Source: a virus (taxonomy: Duplodnaviria; Caudoviricetes). From it: DNA of 46,708 nucleotides. The position numbers and the translations under genes are program-made. The notes below the pieces were generated by a model. That model saw only the letters and a program-made list of their open reading frames with translations. It was not told where the DNA came from and ran no database searches. The stretch covers positions 1 to 46,708 of the IMG/VR virus record IMGVR_UViG_3300033076_000328. One strand, given 5' to 3'. Shown here piece by piece: positions 26,154-35,683 of the stretch (its first letter is position 1; each line of letters opens with the position of its first letter).

Positions 26154-26439
26154 GCCTGTCAAAAAATCAGAGATGCCGTGCAACAAGCCGCGCTCTACTC
26201 CTACCCACCCCAAGAAGTCTCATGTTGTGAAGGCTTGCGAGAGCGGGAAAGAGAAGGTCATCCGGTTTGGTCAGCAAGGCAAAAAGGTTGGCACTTTGTC
26301 TGGCACGGCAGGAAAACCCAAGTCTGGGGAGTCTGATCGCATGAAGGCAAAGCGCAAGTCGTTTAAAGCCCGTCATGCCAGCAACATTGCCAAAGGCAAG
26401 ATGAGTGCTGCATACTGGGCTGATAAGGTTAAATGGTGA
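26146..26439 (+). CDS. Basic hypothetical virion-associated protein
   Basis: KVIRFGQQG...KSFKARH...SAAYWADKVKW; start at ATG 26146. Confidence 0.75.
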   Translation: MVKPVKKSEMPCNKPRSTPTHPKKSHVVKACESGKEKVIRFGQQGKKVGTLSGTAGKPKSGESDRMKAKRKSFKARHASNIAKGKMSAAYWADKVKW

Positions 26440-26445
26440 AAACAC

Positions 26446-26703
26446 ATGGAGATGCTCGTCTGGAATGTGGTCCTCACAGCCATTGTTGCTTTGCTGGGGT
26501 TTGTGTTGAAGGAGAAGTTTGCCGAACTCAATCGGTTGGGCATTCTTCTGAACAAGACCAGAGAGGAGGTTGCGCGTGATCACATCACTCGTACAGAAGT
26601 TCACCGAGACATGGAAAAAATCATGGAGCGGTTTGATGCAGGTATTGCAAGGCTGGAAGCAAAGATTGACGACCTTCGCAAAGAGCAGAAAGGAAGATCA
26701 TGA
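26446..26703 (+). CDS. Membrane-anchored coiled-coil protein
   Basis: N-terminal TM helix, LLNKTREE, RLEAKIDDL. Confidence 0.75.
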   Translation: MEMLVWNVVLTAIVALLGFVLKEKFAELNRLGILLNKTREEVARDHITRTEVHRDMEKIMERFDAGIARLEAKIDDLRKEQKGRS

Positions 26704-26951
26704 AAAAGGTTAAGAAGTATGCGTCTGGGGGTCTTTCAGAGATCGCTGACACGGCAGCTACCCTGATGGAAGATGTCGATAACATGGCAAATAACATCAA
26801 CTATGGCTCTTCTCAGTCAACTGGATCGTCGCAGCCTATTGGGTATATGGCGATATCCAAGATGAAAAAGGGTGGCGCTGTCAAATCGTCTGCCTCCAAG
26901 CGGGGGGATGGTATTGCCCAGCGCGGCAAGACTCGTGGACGGCTGCTATGA
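26700..26951 (+). CDS. Small Lys-rich protein
   Basis: YASGG, MKKGG, SASKRGDGIAQRGKTRG. Confidence 0.75.
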   Translation: MKKVKKYASGGLSEIADTAATLMEDVDNMANNINYGSSQSTGSSQPIGYMAISKMKKGGAVKSSASKRGDGIAQRGKTRGRLL

Positions 26952-27499
26952 AGCCCAACAAAATTCGCACTGTCATGCAGGAATTCAAGTCAGGAGATCT
27001 GAGGTCTTCTTCTGGCAAAAAGGTCACCAATCCAAAGCAAGCCATTGCAATTGCGTTGAGTGAGGCAGGTAAATCCAAACCCAAACTGAAAGAAGGTGGT
27101 CACATGAAAGAGTCCAAACAGATGATGAAGAAGGAAGTGTCGTTCATGAAAAAGAAGGGCGCTCCTAAATCTATGATCAAGCACGAGATGGAAGAAGCTG
27201 GGGTCAAAAAGATGCGCGTTGGTGGTAGATTGCTCCCCAAAACCCCGGTGCATCCTCGTGTTGCCAGCGGGATGGCTGCGGCACCTCGTTCATTTACCCC
27301 TTATGCCGCAAGGGGACTTAATACCCAAATGTCTAGAAGCCGTGGTATTGCCGAAGGCGGCGAAATCAAGGCATCCAGCGGTCTTGCTGCCGGTCATAAG
27401 TCTGCTGACGGTATTGCCAAAAAAGGCAAAACCAAAGGCAAAGAGGTCGTCATGAAAAAAGGCGGCATGACCAAGATGAAAAAAGGCGGGTACTGCTGA
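26948..27499 (+). CDS. Lys/Met-rich basic protein
   Basis: VMQEFKSGDLRSSSGKKVTNPKQAIAIALSEA; multiple xxxGG; DGIAKKGKTKG. Confidence 0.75.
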   Translation: MKPNKIRTVMQEFKSGDLRSSSGKKVTNPKQAIAIALSEAGKSKPKLKEGGHMKESKQMMKKEVSFMKKKGAPKSMIKHEMEEAGVKKMRVGGRLLPKTPVHPRVASGMAAAPRSFTPYAARGLNTQMSRSRGIAEGGEIKASSGLAAGHKSADGIAKKGKTKGKEVVMKKGGMTKMKKGGYC

Positions 27500-27500
27500 C

Positions 27501-27776
27501 ATGATGCCCAGCCGTGGTATGGGGGTTATCAATCCCGCTAAGGTCAGAACGATCAAAAAGCGGGATGGTGATGAGCCTGTCAAGCTGTTTAAACAAGGTG
27601 GTGAGAGCCGGGTAAATCAATCCGGTAACTACACCAAGCCCGGGATGCGGAAGTCCCTGTTTGAACAGATCAAGAACTCTGCTGTGCAGGGGACGGCGGC
27701 TGGACAGTGGAGCGCCCGAAAGAGCCAACTATTGGCTAAACAATATAAAGCGCGTGGCGGCGGTTATCGTGATTGA
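27501..27776 (+). CDS. Basic hypothetical protein
   Basis: MMPSRGMG, NYTKPGMRK, GQWSARKSQLLAKQYKARGGGY. Confidence 0.75.
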   Translation: MMPSRGMGVINPAKVRTIKKRDGDEPVKLFKQGGESRVNQSGNYTKPGMRKSLFEQIKNSAVQGTAAGQWSARKSQLLAKQYKARGGGYRD

Positions 27777-28227
27777 GACGGCTAAAACTTGTACTGATTG
27801 CGGAGCAACAAAGCCGCTGTCTGCGTTTCGCAGTCGCGGCGGTCAAATGTCGCATCTGTACAAAAGCCACTGCAACACTTGTCTTTATCGCAGGCACAAG
27901 GATTGGGCTGAAAACAACCAGCACCGAGTGGCAGAATACCGCGAAAAAGACCCGTGGACTTTGGCAAAAAGGTGTTCGCGTCGTGGAATTACGCCTGAAC
28001 AACTTGTTGATCGTTATGAAAGACAAGAAGGCTGTTGTGCAATTTGCAAGTGCGAGGTTGCTTTAATTGATAGTGCAATTGACCATAATCACGATACCGG
28101 GGAGTTTCGCGGCGTTTTGTGTAAACAGTGCAACCGCGCTCTGGGGATGTTTAAAGACAGCCCGGTTATTCTTCAAAATGCTATAGAGTATCTTGAAGCG
28201 TTTGGGAGTTACGGTGATGGTGATTAA
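27769..28227 (+). CDS. Endonuclease VII-domain (homing-type) endonuclease
   Basis: N-terminal CTDC/CNTC zinc fingers; QEGCCAIC, IDHNHDTGEFRGVLCKQCNRALG; GTG start at 27769. Confidence 0.85.
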   Translation: MIETAKTCTDCGATKPLSAFRSRGGQMSHLYKSHCNTCLYRRHKDWAENNQHRVAEYREKDPWTLAKRCSRRGITPEQLVDRYERQEGCCAICKCEVALIDSAIDHNHDTGEFRGVLCKQCNRALGMFKDSPVILQNAIEYLEAFGSYGDGD

Positions 28228-28465
28228 AGCTCCGCAGAAATCGCTCAAGGCTTGGACAGACCAGAAATGGACTACCAAGTCTGGCAAACCGTCTTCTAAG
28301 ACGGGAGAGCGATATTTGCCCGAGAAGGCTATCAAGGCATTGACCCCATCCGAATATGCCGCCACAACCCGCGCAAAGAGGGCTGGGAAGGCTTCTGGCA
28401 AGCAGTTTGTGCCCCAGCCACCCAAGATCGCCAAGAAAGTTGCTAGGCACAGGAAGATCCAATGA
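28217..28465 (+). CDS. Basic hypothetical protein
   Basis: QKSLKAWTDQKWTTKSGK...ERYLP...GKQFVPQP. Confidence 0.75.
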   Translation: MVIKAPQKSLKAWTDQKWTTKSGKPSSKTGERYLPEKAIKALTPSEYAATTRAKRAGKASGKQFVPQPPKIAKKVARHRKIQ

Positions 28466-29199
28466 CAACGGCTGGCACATCATCGTTCAACCTCGACCTC
28501 AACAACATCGTTGAAGAGGCTTTCGAGCGTTGCGGGAAGGAGTTGCGCAGTGGCTACGACTTGCGTACCGCTCGGCGCAGCCTGAACCTACTGACGGTGG
28601 AATGGTCAAACCGGGGGGTCAATCTCTGGACGATTGAGCAGGGATCGATTGCTCTGACTCAGAATCAGATCACTTACCCGCTGCCTATCGACACCATCGA
28701 CCTGTTGGAGCACGTTACCCGGACAGGAACTGGGCAGAACCAGCAGGACTTGACCATCACCCGGATTAGTGTTTCTACCTATGCCACTATTCCCAACAAG
28801 AACGCCACAGGCAGACCGATTCAGGTTTGGGTTGATCGTCAGTCTGGTGCTACTTATCCTCCCGGTGGGAGACCGGCTGGCACCAACACAACGACCGGGG
28901 TGGATCATCCGCAAATCTATGTCTGGCCCGCCCCGGATCAAAGCAACTACTACACCTTCGTGTATTGGCGTTTACGCAGGATTCAGGATGCTGGAAACGG
29001 GGTTCAGACGCAGGATATCCCTTTCAGATTCCTCAATTGCATGATCGCTGGGCTGTCGTACTACCTTGCCCAGAAAATCGCCCCAGATCGCGTTCCAGTG
29101 CTCAAGGCGCAGTATGACGAGCAATGGAAGTACGCTACAGAGGAGGACCGCGACAAAGCCGCAGTCCGGTTTGTGCCACGCAGGTATTTTGTTGAGTAA
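28462..29199 (+). CDS. Head-tail adaptor / neck protein (putative)
   Basis: EEAFERCG, ARRSLNLL..EWSNRG, IPNK..TGRP, YVWPAPD. Confidence 0.75.
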   Translation: MTTAGTSSFNLDLNNIVEEAFERCGKELRSGYDLRTARRSLNLLTVEWSNRGVNLWTIEQGSIALTQNQITYPLPIDTIDLLEHVTRTGTGQNQQDLTITRISVSTYATIPNKNATGRPIQVWVDRQSGATYPPGGRPAGTNTTTGVDHPQIYVWPAPDQSNYYTFVYWRLRRIQDAGNGVQTQDIPFRFLNCMIAGLSYYLAQKIAPDRVPVLKAQYDEQWKYATEEDRDKAAVRFVPRRYFVE

Positions 29200-29627
29200 T
29201 GGGAAACAAGTTCGCGTCCGGGAAAAACGCGATTGCAGAATGTGATCGCTGTGGATTCCGTTTCAAGCTGAAGCAGCTTAAAGGGCTGGTGATCAAGACC
29301 AAGAATGTGAACATCTTGGTTTGCCCGGAGTGCTGGGAGCCAGACCAGCCTCAGTTGCAGCTTGGAATGTATCCTGTGGATGACCCGCAGGCTCTGAGGA
29401 ATCCAAGACCGGACAAGAGCTATCGGATATCTGGTTTAAACGGCTTGCAGTTGTTTGATACAACGGGACCAGATCAAGATCAGACAGGCACCCCGGAGGG
29501 GGGCAGTAGGATATTCCAGTGGGGGTACGCCCCTGTTGGCGGTTCCAGAGCCAATGACAATGGGCTTACGCCCAACAATTTGGTTTTGGGGATTCAGTTG
29601 GGAACGGTCACGGTAGTAACCACATAG
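29199..29627 (+). CDS. Zinc-binding neck-module protein
   Basis: CDRCGF...VCPECWEPDQPQL...DPQALRNPRPD. Confidence 0.75.
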   Translation: MGNKFASGKNAIAECDRCGFRFKLKQLKGLVIKTKNVNILVCPECWEPDQPQLQLGMYPVDDPQALRNPRPDKSYRISGLNGLQLFDTTGPDQDQTGTPEGGSRIFQWGYAPVGGSRANDNGLTPNNLVLGIQLGTVTVVTT

Positions 29628-29636
29628 GAGTGAAAC

Positions 29637-29807
29637 ATGGAAACTGGCAAGATGAAGCAAATCGCCAAAACTGAGGTCAAGAAGCATGAGAAATCCATGC
29701 ATGGCAAGGGCTATGCAAAGGGTGGCGTGACCTCTGGCGCAATGAAGCAGTACGGACGCAATGTTGCCCGTATGATGAACCAACGCTCTACCTCTCGGAG
29801 CCGCTGA
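29637..29807 (+). CDS. 56 aa basic protein (not in the ORF track)
   Basis: AGGAG RBS; KKHEKSMHGKGYAKGGVTS...YGRNVAR. Confidence 0.7.
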   Translation: METGKMKQIAKTEVKKHEKSMHGKGYAKGGVTSGAMKQYGRNVARMMNQRSTSRSR

Positions 29808-30001
29808 TGAACACCGACAAATTTGAATACTTCCCGGCTGACACAAAAGACCCTTGCGGGAAATATGTGCAGCCCAAGCCGTACACACAGCCTATGCCCA
29901 ACACTGGCTATCCCAATGCCACGCCCAATACGCAGACTCAGCGTACCCGTGGTACGAAGAACACCAGCCGGGGCTTTGGACATAGCAGCAAGATGGGGTA
30001 A
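29807..30001 (+). CDS. Small hypothetical protein
   Basis: 64 aa ORF, coupled, ending RGTKNTSRG...MG. Confidence 0.65.
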   Translation: MNTDKFEYFPADTKDPCGKYVQPKPYTQPMPNTGYPNATPNTQTQRTRGTKNTSRGFGHSSKMG

Positions 30002-30004
30002 TCA

Positions 30005-30712
30005 GTGAACTACACTGAACTGAAAGCACGGATCAAGGCGTACTGCGAGAATGATTTCCCGCAGGCGGTTGGTGCTGGCGGTCTGACTTCTGACCAGCAG
30101 ATCAATACGTTCATCCAGCAGGCTGAACAGCGCATCTACAACTCAGTTCAGTTTCCCTCTCTGCGGAAGAATGTCACTGGCGCAACCACGACCAACAACA
30201 AGTACCTGTCTTCTCCCGGAGACTTTCTGGCAGTTTATTCGATGGCTGTCATTGATCCTGTCTCGGGCGAGTACTTGTATCTGTTGAATAAGGATGTGAA
30301 CTTCATCCGGGAGTCGTTCCCCAGCCCGACAGACACTGGCAAGCCCTATTACTACGCCCTATTTGGTCCCACAACGACCAATAACGTGCCTCCTGTCATC
30401 ACCAATGAGTTGACCTTCTTGCTGGGTCCAACGCCCGATGCAGCCTACGATGTGGAGTTGCATTACTACTACTACCCAGAATCGATTACTACCGCAGCAA
30501 CAGGGCAGACTTGGCTGGGTGACAACATTGATTCTGTGTTGCTGTATGGCGCGATGATGGAAGCTGCTTCTTTCATGAAGTCCGAGAAGGACATTGTGGA
30601 TCAGTACATGGGTCGATACAACGAGGCTCTGATGCTTGCCAAGCGTCTAGGTGACGGCATGGAGCGTCAGGATGCATACAGGTCTGGTCAATACCGGATG
30701 GAGGTCAGATAA
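30005..30712 (+). CDS. Tail tubular protein A / adaptor-like protein
   Basis: MNYTELK...FIQQAEQRI, GKPYYYA, LGPTPD, LLYGAM. Confidence 0.75.
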   Translation: MNYTELKARIKAYCENDFPQAVGAGGLTSDQQINTFIQQAEQRIYNSVQFPSLRKNVTGATTTNNKYLSSPGDFLAVYSMAVIDPVSGEYLYLLNKDVNFIRESFPSPTDTGKPYYYALFGPTTTNNVPPVITNELTFLLGPTPDAAYDVELHYYYYPESITTAATGQTWLGDNIDSVLLYGAMMEAASFMKSEKDIVDQYMGRYNEALMLAKRLGDGMERQDAYRSGQYRMEVR

Positions 30713-31128
30713 TGGCTTTCACGGGCAACTACACCTGCGATACGTTTAAACAAGGTCTGCCCAGCGGTAGCTTTAATTTTGCTACTGGGACCACGGATGT
30801 GTTCAAGATTGCTTTGTATACCAATGAAGCAACCTTGGACAACACAACCGTTGCGTATACGTCTACTGGTGAAGTCTCTGCAACTGGATATAACGCTGGG
30901 GGTGAGGTTTTAAGCCCCACGGTTTCCATCTCTGACGGCACATCCTTCATTGATTTTGGGGATGTTTCTTGGAGCGGGGCATTTACTGCCCGTGGTGCGC
31001 TGATCTACAAAGACGGTGGAGCGGCAATTTGTGTATTGGATTTTGGTGCTGACAGGACATCGGACACTACATTTCAGGTGCAGTTCCCTGCCAACACCAA
31101 TACTTCTGCCTTGATTCGGATTTCATAA
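30712..31128 (+). CDS. Virion structural protein (fibre subunit-like)
   Basis: FKIALYT, GYNAGG, ARGALIY, VLDFGAD. Confidence 0.75.
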   Translation: MAFTGNYTCDTFKQGLPSGSFNFATGTTDVFKIALYTNEATLDNTTVAYTSTGEVSATGYNAGGEVLSPTVSISDGTSFIDFGDVSWSGAFTARGALIYKDGGAAICVLDFGADRTSDTTFQVQFPANTNTSALIRIS

Positions 31129-31137
31129 GGAGCAATC

Positions 31138-31722
31138 ATGTTCAACGATAAAGCAAAGTCCACCGACCAAATCAGTGCTGGTGTGGCTGTAGGCAATGGT
31201 AATCAAGAGGCTGCTCGTGGGGGCGGCGTGTTCTTTTTTGAGTGCTATGACAAAGATGGCAATCTCAAGTGGACAGAGAAATCCCATAACTTGGTGGTCA
31301 ATGTCGGCTTGAAAGACATGAACGACAAGTATTTCAGCGGCTCCACCTACACCGCCGCTTGGTATCTGGGGCTGATCACTGGTCCGGGTTCGGGTACAAC
31401 CATCGCCGCAGGTGACACTATGGCTTCTCACGCTGGCTGGAGTGAAAACACCTCGTACAGCCAAGCCACCCGCCCAGCCGCCACGTTTGGTGCAGCAACG
31501 ACCGCCGACCCTTCGGTGATCAGCAACTCGGCATCGGTGGCTGTGTTTTCGATCAACGGCACCACAACGATTGCTGGGGCTTTTCTGACCAGCAACAACA
31601 CCAAGGGTGGCACTACCGGCATCCTGTTCTCGGCATCTGACTTCCAGTCTCCCGGTGACCGCAGTGTTGTTTCTGGCGATACCTTGAACGTCACCTATCA
31701 ATTCAGCCTTGACGCAGTCTAA
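31138..31722 (+). CDS. Virion structural protein (fibre/whisker subunit-like)
   Basis: HNLVVNVG, WYLGL, TIAGAFL, GDTLNVTYQ. Confidence 0.75.
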   Translation: MFNDKAKSTDQISAGVAVGNGNQEAARGGGVFFFECYDKDGNLKWTEKSHNLVVNVGLKDMNDKYFSGSTYTAAWYLGLITGPGSGTTIAAGDTMASHAGWSENTSYSQATRPAATFGAATTADPSVISNSASVAVFSINGTTTIAGAFLTSNNTKGGTTGILFSASDFQSPGDRSVVSGDTLNVTYQFSLDAV

Positions 31723-31731
31723 GGAGTCAAC

Positions 31732-31911
31732 ATGGCTACAAAATACACCAAAGGTCAGAACGTCAAACTCAGTGCTGTGACCCCGCAAGGTCCGGTGGTT
31801 GCGCTACGCATGGATGAGAACGGCACATTCTTCTATCTGGTGGAGTGGACCGACGAATCGGGCGTGAAACAGCAACGCTGGTTTGAAGAGTCGCAACTGT
31901 CCGCTGTTTAA
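31732..31911 (+). CDS. 59 aa protein (not in the ORF track)
   Basis: AAGGAG RBS; MATKYTKGQNV...YLVEWTD...QRWFEESQL. Confidence 0.7.
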   Translation: MATKYTKGQNVKLSAVTPQGPVVALRMDENGTFFYLVEWTDESGVKQQRWFEESQLSAV

Positions 31912-31920
31912 AGGTCGTCA

Positions 31921-33369
31921 GTGCTCGGACTGCTGCCATATTCGACAGCGCCGTATTCATCGCTATCTGGTGCTGTTTATGCGGCTTCTGTCTCGGAAAC
32001 CGCCAGAGCCTCAGATACGCTGAGTGCGCTGGCTTCGTTCGCCAGTACAGTCAGTGAAACGGCAACGGCAGCAGATTCCATATCGGCTCGGGTAACTTTC
32101 CAAGGCACAGTCTCGGAGACCGCCAGAGCCTCTGATTCCGTCAGCACAAGCGTCACCTATCAGGTGACTGTCATAGAGTTGGTGACGGGGGCAGATTCAA
32201 TCTCTGCCTCTGTTATCTTCAATTCAAGTGTCAATGAGACCGCTACAGCATCTGACTCTGTCTCTGCGGCGGCAAATTTTGCCGTCTCGGTAACCGAATC
32301 CAACACTGCATCTGAGACCGTACTGGCTACGGTAATCCTTGTTTCAACGGTCAATGAGACCGCAACGGGGGCAGACAGTGCTTCTGCGGGTGTTGTTTTC
32401 AACGGCTCTGCATCTGAGACTGCAACTGGTACAGATCAAGCGCAAGCGGCGGCAACCTTTGTCACCAGCCTATCGGAGTCGGCTACTGGCACAGATCAAA
32501 CGCAGGCTTCCGCAAACTTTGCGGTCAATCTTGCTGAAACAGTTTCTGCTGCTGATCAAGTACAGGCATCTGCTGATTTTGCTCCCAGCGTAAATGAGAC
32601 TGTCACAGGCGCAGATCAAGCCTCTGCAACGGCAGTCTTTGGTGCCTCGGTAGACGAGACGGCTACTGGCTTAGATGAAATCTTTGCCGGTGCTGAAATG
32701 AACAGTGCGGTGGCTGAAGATGCTGCTGCGCTAGACGATCAGCAGGCATCGGTTGATTTTGGAGGCAGTGTTTCTGAGGACGCAACAGGCTCAGATCAAG
32801 TAAATGTGGCTATAGATTTTGGCGGGCTGATCGATGAGTCTTCTACTGTCGAAGACTTGATCTCTGCAATTGCTGATTTTGTTGCTGATGTCAATGAGAC
32901 TGCAAATGCGTCTGATGAGTTGTCTTCATCTTTTGCATTTGCTGGAAACATTGAAGAATCTGCTATGGCTACTGATGAGCCTTCGGCTGGTGTTGTTTTT
33001 ATTGTCGATGTTACCGAATCTGGCGTTGTTGAGGATTTGATCGGCGCGTCTGTAGATTTTGGCGCTTTGATTGATGAGACCGCTGTAGGATCAGATGAAT
33101 CTGGGTCTATTTTGATCTTTGGGGCTACAGTTGCTGAATTGCTGAATGCCAATGACAGCTTGCTGGCAAGGCTGTTGTGGGAGATCATCAATGACAGCCA
33201 GACGGGGCAATGGAATGTGATCAATGCTCAGAATGGAGCAACTTGGTCCAACATCAATACCTCTGATACTGCCAATTGGAATCTCATAAATGCACAAAAC
33301 GGCAGTAATTGGTCCACCATCAACACATCTGACTCGGCAACTTGGAACGTCATAAAGACATCGAACTGA
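31921..33369 (+). CDS. Repeat-rich virion protein (about twenty 20-aa repeats plus six 11-aa WxxIN repeats)
   Basis: SVSETARASDTLSALASFA-type periodicity throughout. Confidence 0.8.
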   Translation: MLGLLPYSTAPYSSLSGAVYAASVSETARASDTLSALASFASTVSETATAADSISARVTFQGTVSETARASDSVSTSVTYQVTVIELVTGADSISASVIFNSSVNETATASDSVSAAANFAVSVTESNTASETVLATVILVSTVNETATGADSASAGVVFNGSASETATGTDQAQAAATFVTSLSESATGTDQTQASANFAVNLAETVSAADQVQASADFAPSVNETVTGADQASATAVFGASVDETATGLDEIFAGAEMNSAVAEDAAALDDQQASVDFGGSVSEDATGSDQVNVAIDFGGLIDESSTVEDLISAIADFVADVNETANASDELSSSFAFAGNIEESAMATDEPSAGVVFIVDVTESGVVEDLIGASVDFGALIDETAVGSDESGSILIFGATVAELLNANDSLLARLLWEIINDSQTGQWNVINAQNGATWSNINTSDTANWNLINAQNGSNWSTINTSDSATWNVIKTSN

Positions 33370-33370
33370 T

Positions 33371-33841
33371 ATGCCACTTGTTGTCAAAGATCGAGTCCGA
33401 GAAACCACGACCACGGCGGGTACGGGGACAGTCACGCTTGCCGGGGCAGTGACTGGCTTTCAGTCTTTCTCTGCCATCGGGAATGGGAACACCACCTTCT
33501 ACACCATCGCTGGTCAGGGTACGTCTGAATGGGAGGTTGGGATTGGAACCTACACCTCTGCTGGTACTACTTTGTCCAGAGACACAGTTTTGGAGTCCTC
33601 CAACAGCGGTTCCAAGGTCAACTTCTCTGCCGGGACCAAAGATGTATTTGTCACTTACCCAGCCGAAAGAACGATAACGGGGGGTGGTGGAGGTATTGGT
33701 GCGCTGGTTGTCAATGCAACCACGGTAACGGACAATTACACCGTAGATACGGGGACGAACGCTCAGTCTGTTGGTCCGGTGACCATCAACAGCGGAATCA
33801 CGGTTACGGTTGCATCTGGTCAAAGATGGCTGGTTGTGTAA
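33371..33841 (+). CDS. Tail fibre proximal/adaptor protein
   Basis: DRVRETTTTAGTG, WEVGIGTY, GTKDVFVTYPA; C-terminal SVGPVTI...QRWLVV. Confidence 0.75.
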   Translation: MPLVVKDRVRETTTTAGTGTVTLAGAVTGFQSFSAIGNGNTTFYTIAGQGTSEWEVGIGTYTSAGTTLSRDTVLESSNSGSKVNFSAGTKDVFVTYPAERTITGGGGGIGALVVNATTVTDNYTVDTGTNAQSVGPVTINSGITVTVASGQRWLVV

Positions 33842-33863
33842 TCATATGACTTGAGGAAAAAAT

Positions 33864-34610
33864 ATGCCGTCCACATTCTCAACCAATCTAAAGATAGAAC
33901 TCATCGGATTAGGTGAGCAGGTTGGTACTTGGGGTACGACAACCAATACAAACCTTGGGACTGCTTTGGAGCAGGCTATTGTTGGTCGAGTGACGGTTGA
34001 TTTTGCTTCCGATGCCAACAAAACCCTGACCCTGACCAACACAAACGCTGCTCAAGATGCTCGGGCGGTGTTTCTCAATGTCACATCCAGTGTCAGTTTG
34101 ACCGTAACCCGAGACTTAATTGTCCCGGCAGTTACCAAGAATTACGTTGTCAAGAATGCCACCACAGGCGGTCAAAGCATCCGGGTGATTGTTGCTGGGT
34201 TGGGAGTGACCATCCCAAATGGCAAGACAGCCCTGATTTACAACGATGGCACGGACATCAAGTATCAGTTTGATGTTGTCGATGCTTTGACCTTTACTGG
34301 GGATGGCACGTTCAGCGGAACGGGGCAGGTAAAGCTACCGGCAGGCACAACGGGTGAGAGAAGCGGATCTCCAGTAAATGGCATGATCCGGTACAACACC
34401 AGTTTGAGTTCTTTCGAGGGGTATGCGGCTGGTCAATGGGGCGGTATTGGCGGGGCACAGGCAGGCGGTGCCATCATGACCAACAAATCCACCGCCACAG
34501 TCAGTTATACCGTCGCCAGCGGGGAAAATGGTTTGAGCGTGGGTCCGATCACAATTGACTCGGGTGTCACTATCACAGTTGCCACGGATCAACGCTGGTT
34601 GATCCTGTAA
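33864..34610 (+). CDS. Tail fibre adaptor protein
   Basis: GEQVGTWGTTTNTN, LPAGTTGER...GMIRYNT..FEGY; C-terminal SVGPITI...QRWLIL. Confidence 0.75.
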   Translation: MPSTFSTNLKIELIGLGEQVGTWGTTTNTNLGTALEQAIVGRVTVDFASDANKTLTLTNTNAAQDARAVFLNVTSSVSLTVTRDLIVPAVTKNYVVKNATTGGQSIRVIVAGLGVTIPNGKTALIYNDGTDIKYQFDVVDALTFTGDGTFSGTGQVKLPAGTTGERSGSPVNGMIRYNTSLSSFEGYAAGQWGGIGGAQAGGAIMTNKSTATVSYTVASGENGLSVGPITIDSGVTITVATDQRWLIL

Positions 34611-34619
34611 GGAGAAGAA

Positions 34620-35681
34620 ATGCCATACGGTACGTTAAACGCAGACAAGGTAGTCAACAGCGACAGTATTACCTCCGGGGGTCTGTACGGCTTCAAAAAC
34701 CGTCTTATTAACGGTGACATGAGGATCGACCAGAGGAATGCTGGGGCGAGTGTGACTCCCGCTAGTGGGGCTTACACTGTAGATCGTTGGGTATATTTTG
34801 CTTCGCAAGCATCAAAATTTACAGCCCAACAATCGAGCGTAGCTCCTGCCGGATTCACTCGGTCTTTGCTTTTTACAACAGCTTCCGCTGTCTCAGTAGG
34901 GTCCTCTGACTTTTTTCAGTTTCAGCAACCAATTGAGGGCTTTAATACGGCAGACCTTGGATGGGGAACAGCAAACGCTCAATCTGTAACATTGTCTTTT
35001 TGGGTTCGCAGCTCTCTTACCGGCACTTTTGGTGGAGCTTTGAAGGATGCTTCTTCACGCTCTTATCCATTCAGCTACATCATAAACTCAGCAAATACAT
35101 GGGAGCAGAAGACTGTAACCATTGCGGGTGACACAAGTGGAACTTGGGCTACAGATAATTCTGCAAGTATTCGTGTTGCGTTTGGTCTTGGCAACGGATC
35201 AACTTTCAGTAGCACTGCTGGCTCATGGCAAGCAGGTAACTTTAGTTCAGCCACCGGCGCAACCTCTGTCGTCGGAACCAACGGAGCCACCTTCTACATC
35301 ACAGGCGTTCAACTCGAAAAAGGCAGCACAGCAACGAGCTTTGATTACAGACCGTATGGGACTGAGTTGGCTCTGTGTCAGAGGTATTTTACAAACTCAT
35401 GGTCGGGCAGTGGTAAATGGTATACAACTACAACGTGTGCTATTTATGGAAGATTCCCGGTCACGATGCGAGTTGCACCAACCACAGTAGCCGTCGCAGC
35501 AAGTCCGGGGAACATTGAAGAACCCGGAGTTTCAAACCGCGCAGTAAGTGCTGTTGCAAGTTCAAATTTAACTGCTGATGGGGGTGTTGTTAATTTCACC
35601 ACTGCAACGGCAACTCTTAACGCGGTTGGTGGCGCTGGAGGTAGCGCAAACTCAATTGCAACCTTTAGTGCGGAGCTTTAA
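34620..35681 (+). CDS. Tail fibre / receptor-binding protein 1
   Basis: KNRLINGDMRIDQR, YTVDRW, TGVQLEKGSTATSF, ELALCQRYF then variable tip. Confidence 0.8.
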   Translation: MPYGTLNADKVVNSDSITSGGLYGFKNRLINGDMRIDQRNAGASVTPASGAYTVDRWVYFASQASKFTAQQSSVAPAGFTRSLLFTTASAVSVGSSDFFQFQQPIEGFNTADLGWGTANAQSVTLSFWVRSSLTGTFGGALKDASSRSYPFSYIINSANTWEQKTVTIAGDTSGTWATDNSASIRVAFGLGNGSTFSSTAGSWQAGNFSSATGATSVVGTNGATFYITGVQLEKGSTATSFDYRPYGTELALCQRYFTNSWSGSGKWYTTTTCAIYGRFPVTMRVAPTTVAVAASPGNIEEPGVSNRAVSAVASSNLTADGGVVNFTTATATLNAVGGAGGSANSIATFSAEL

Positions 35682-35683
35682 TC

